Below, piece by piece: positions 52,950 to 54,023 of a stretch of DNA of 54,023 bases; within the stretch, counting starts at the first letter, position 1, and each line of letters opens with the position of its first letter. The DNA lies in IMG/VR virus record IMGVR_UViG_3300049788_000021, positions 1-54,023 of that record, one strand, 5' to 3'. Under the pieces are notes generated by a model. The model made no database searches, was not told the DNA's origin, and saw nothing but the letters and a program-made list of their open reading frames with translations. Origin of the DNA: a virus (Duplodnaviria; Caudoviricetes). Both the position numbers and the translations under genes were made by a program.

Positions 52950-54023
52950 CTACACCCCCCTCATGGCTTTGATCTTCTGTTGTTCGCTCTTGCGGCGCGT
53001 AGCAATCTTCACCATAGCCTCGCGCAGGTCGGCGTCGTCGGTAATGTCGTAGCGCCACAGCATGCTGTCGGTTTCGTGTCCGGTGATTTTCATAGCCACT
53101 TTAGTGGGCACCCCGGCGCGGATCAGGTTGCGAGCAGCACTGCGCCGCAGATCGTGGAAGATGCGTCCATGGTATTGGCAAGCCCTGCCACAGTGTCGTT
53201 TCTCCGCACCCTGGTGCCCGCAGACGCGGCAAATCATCTTGCCCAAGCCGATGGCTATACAAGCAGTGTGCCATGCCTTGCGGAACTCGCAGATAGGATC
53301 ACCGTCGCGGTGGAACACCCACTGCGAGAGCACCACACCTTTGTCGGTTTTGATGGAACGTGCCTTCCTGCGGCGTTCCATGATGGCAGCTAATTCCGGG
53401 TGAATGTCAAAAGGGATGTGGTAGGGACGGTCGTTCTTGCTGTTCTTGCTGCGCAGCCGGATGGTGTCCTCTTCCACATCGTTCCAAGTAAGCGTACTGA
53501 TGGCATTCAAGCGCCAGCCGATGATGTAGCCGAAATGCACGAAGTCGCGCAGATCATCATCCGGCAACCACTTCAGCAAGGTATCAATTTCCAGGTCGTT
53601 GAAGAAACCCTCGCGCACCGTCGCAGCTTTCAGGTCAGGCATTACTGGTGCAGGGACTTTGGCAAGCTCGAACGCCTGGATGAGCACCTGTAAGCGATTG
53701 CGGATGGTGCTGTCGGCGTAACCGTCCTGGCGCATATCCTTGCGATAGTCCTTGAGCGTTTGGTCGGTGATGACGTTGGACATTCTGGTGCCAAAGGCTT
53801 CTTTCACCAGGGCGAAGAGGCTCAAGTTTTCCGTGGTGTCGATGCCGCGCTCCTGGTAGTCCTCTTGCAGGTTGTCAAGCAACTGCCCAACGGTTTGCGG
53901 TTCCGCTTGGGGCTGTTCTTTCGGATCGACAATGCCCTTTTCGGCGCGAAGATATTTGGCGTGCTCCCCGGCCAACATTTGCATTGCCGCTTTTTCACTT
54001 TTCTTGGTGCCGTCGTTCTCAAT
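52950..54023 (-). CDS. int: Tyrosine integrase, C-terminal part
   Basis: Catalytic motifs GWR, SKN, FHDLRRS, TGH and RY; adjacent to a tRNA-derived att core. Confidence 0.95.
   Translation of the reverse strand: MENDGTKKSEKAAMQMLAGEHAKYLRAEKGIVDPKEQPQAEPQTVGQLLDNLQEDYQERGIDTTENLSLFALVKEAFGTRMSNVITDQTLKDYRKDMRQDGYADSTIRNRLQVLIQAFELAKVPAPVMPDLKAATVREGFFNDLEIDTLLKWLPDDDLRDFVHFGYIIGWRLNAISTLTWNDVEEDTIRLRSKNSKNDRPYHIPFDIHPELAAIMERRRKARSIKTDKGVVLSQWVFHRDGDPICEFRKAWHTACIAIGLGKMICRVCGHQGAEKRHCGRACQYHGRIFHDLRRSAARNLIRAGVPTKVAMKITGHETDSMLWRYDITDDADLREAMVKIATRRKSEQQKIKAMRGV
53897..54023. repeat. Terminal direct repeat, copy 2 (circular assembly overlap)
   Basis: Identical to 1-127. Confidence 0.95.

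Larger units (their letters stand above)
1..54023. mobile_element. Complete temperate tailed phage genome (podovirus-like), circularised
   Basis: Integrase/attP, terminase, portal, capsid, tail, lysis and replication modules are present; ends overlap; no tape-measure or sheath gene recognised. Confidence 0.9.

Overview
This window looks like one complete, circularly assembled temperate phage genome of about 53,896 bp. Bases 1-127 are repeated at 53897-54023, and the tyrosine integrase reads through that junction. Modules in order: (1) integrase, with an attP-like region holding the 3' half of an initiator tRNA-Met plus a second tRNA 3' fragment; (2) a control region built from ribbon-helix-helix (RHH) proteins; (3) YqaJ-like exonuclease, RecT, a DUF1376-type replication initiator with iterons, and a RusA-like resolvase; (4) a leftward early/accessory operon at 8.7-14.1 kb; (5) a rightward accessory region including a PEP-CTERM-like protein; (6) terminase, portal, scaffold and capsid; (7) podovirus-type tail and ejection genes; (8) fibre-like genes; (9) holin-like genes and a SleB-type endolysin. 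The leftward operon is the most unusual part. Two complete type II hammerhead ribozymes bracket a single 78-aa gene, and the other intergenic spacers are highly structured and carry repeated translation-initiation motifs. The heptamer GGATCAC occurs 15 times on one strand within 3.1 kb. Also notable are three large Cys-rich fibre-like proteins with Sec-type signal peptides and a recurring TTAAGTTGGGCAGCGG late-module motif. A Gram-negative host, possibly Acidobacteria-like, is inference only. All family assignments come from motifs recognised by eye; no database search was run.
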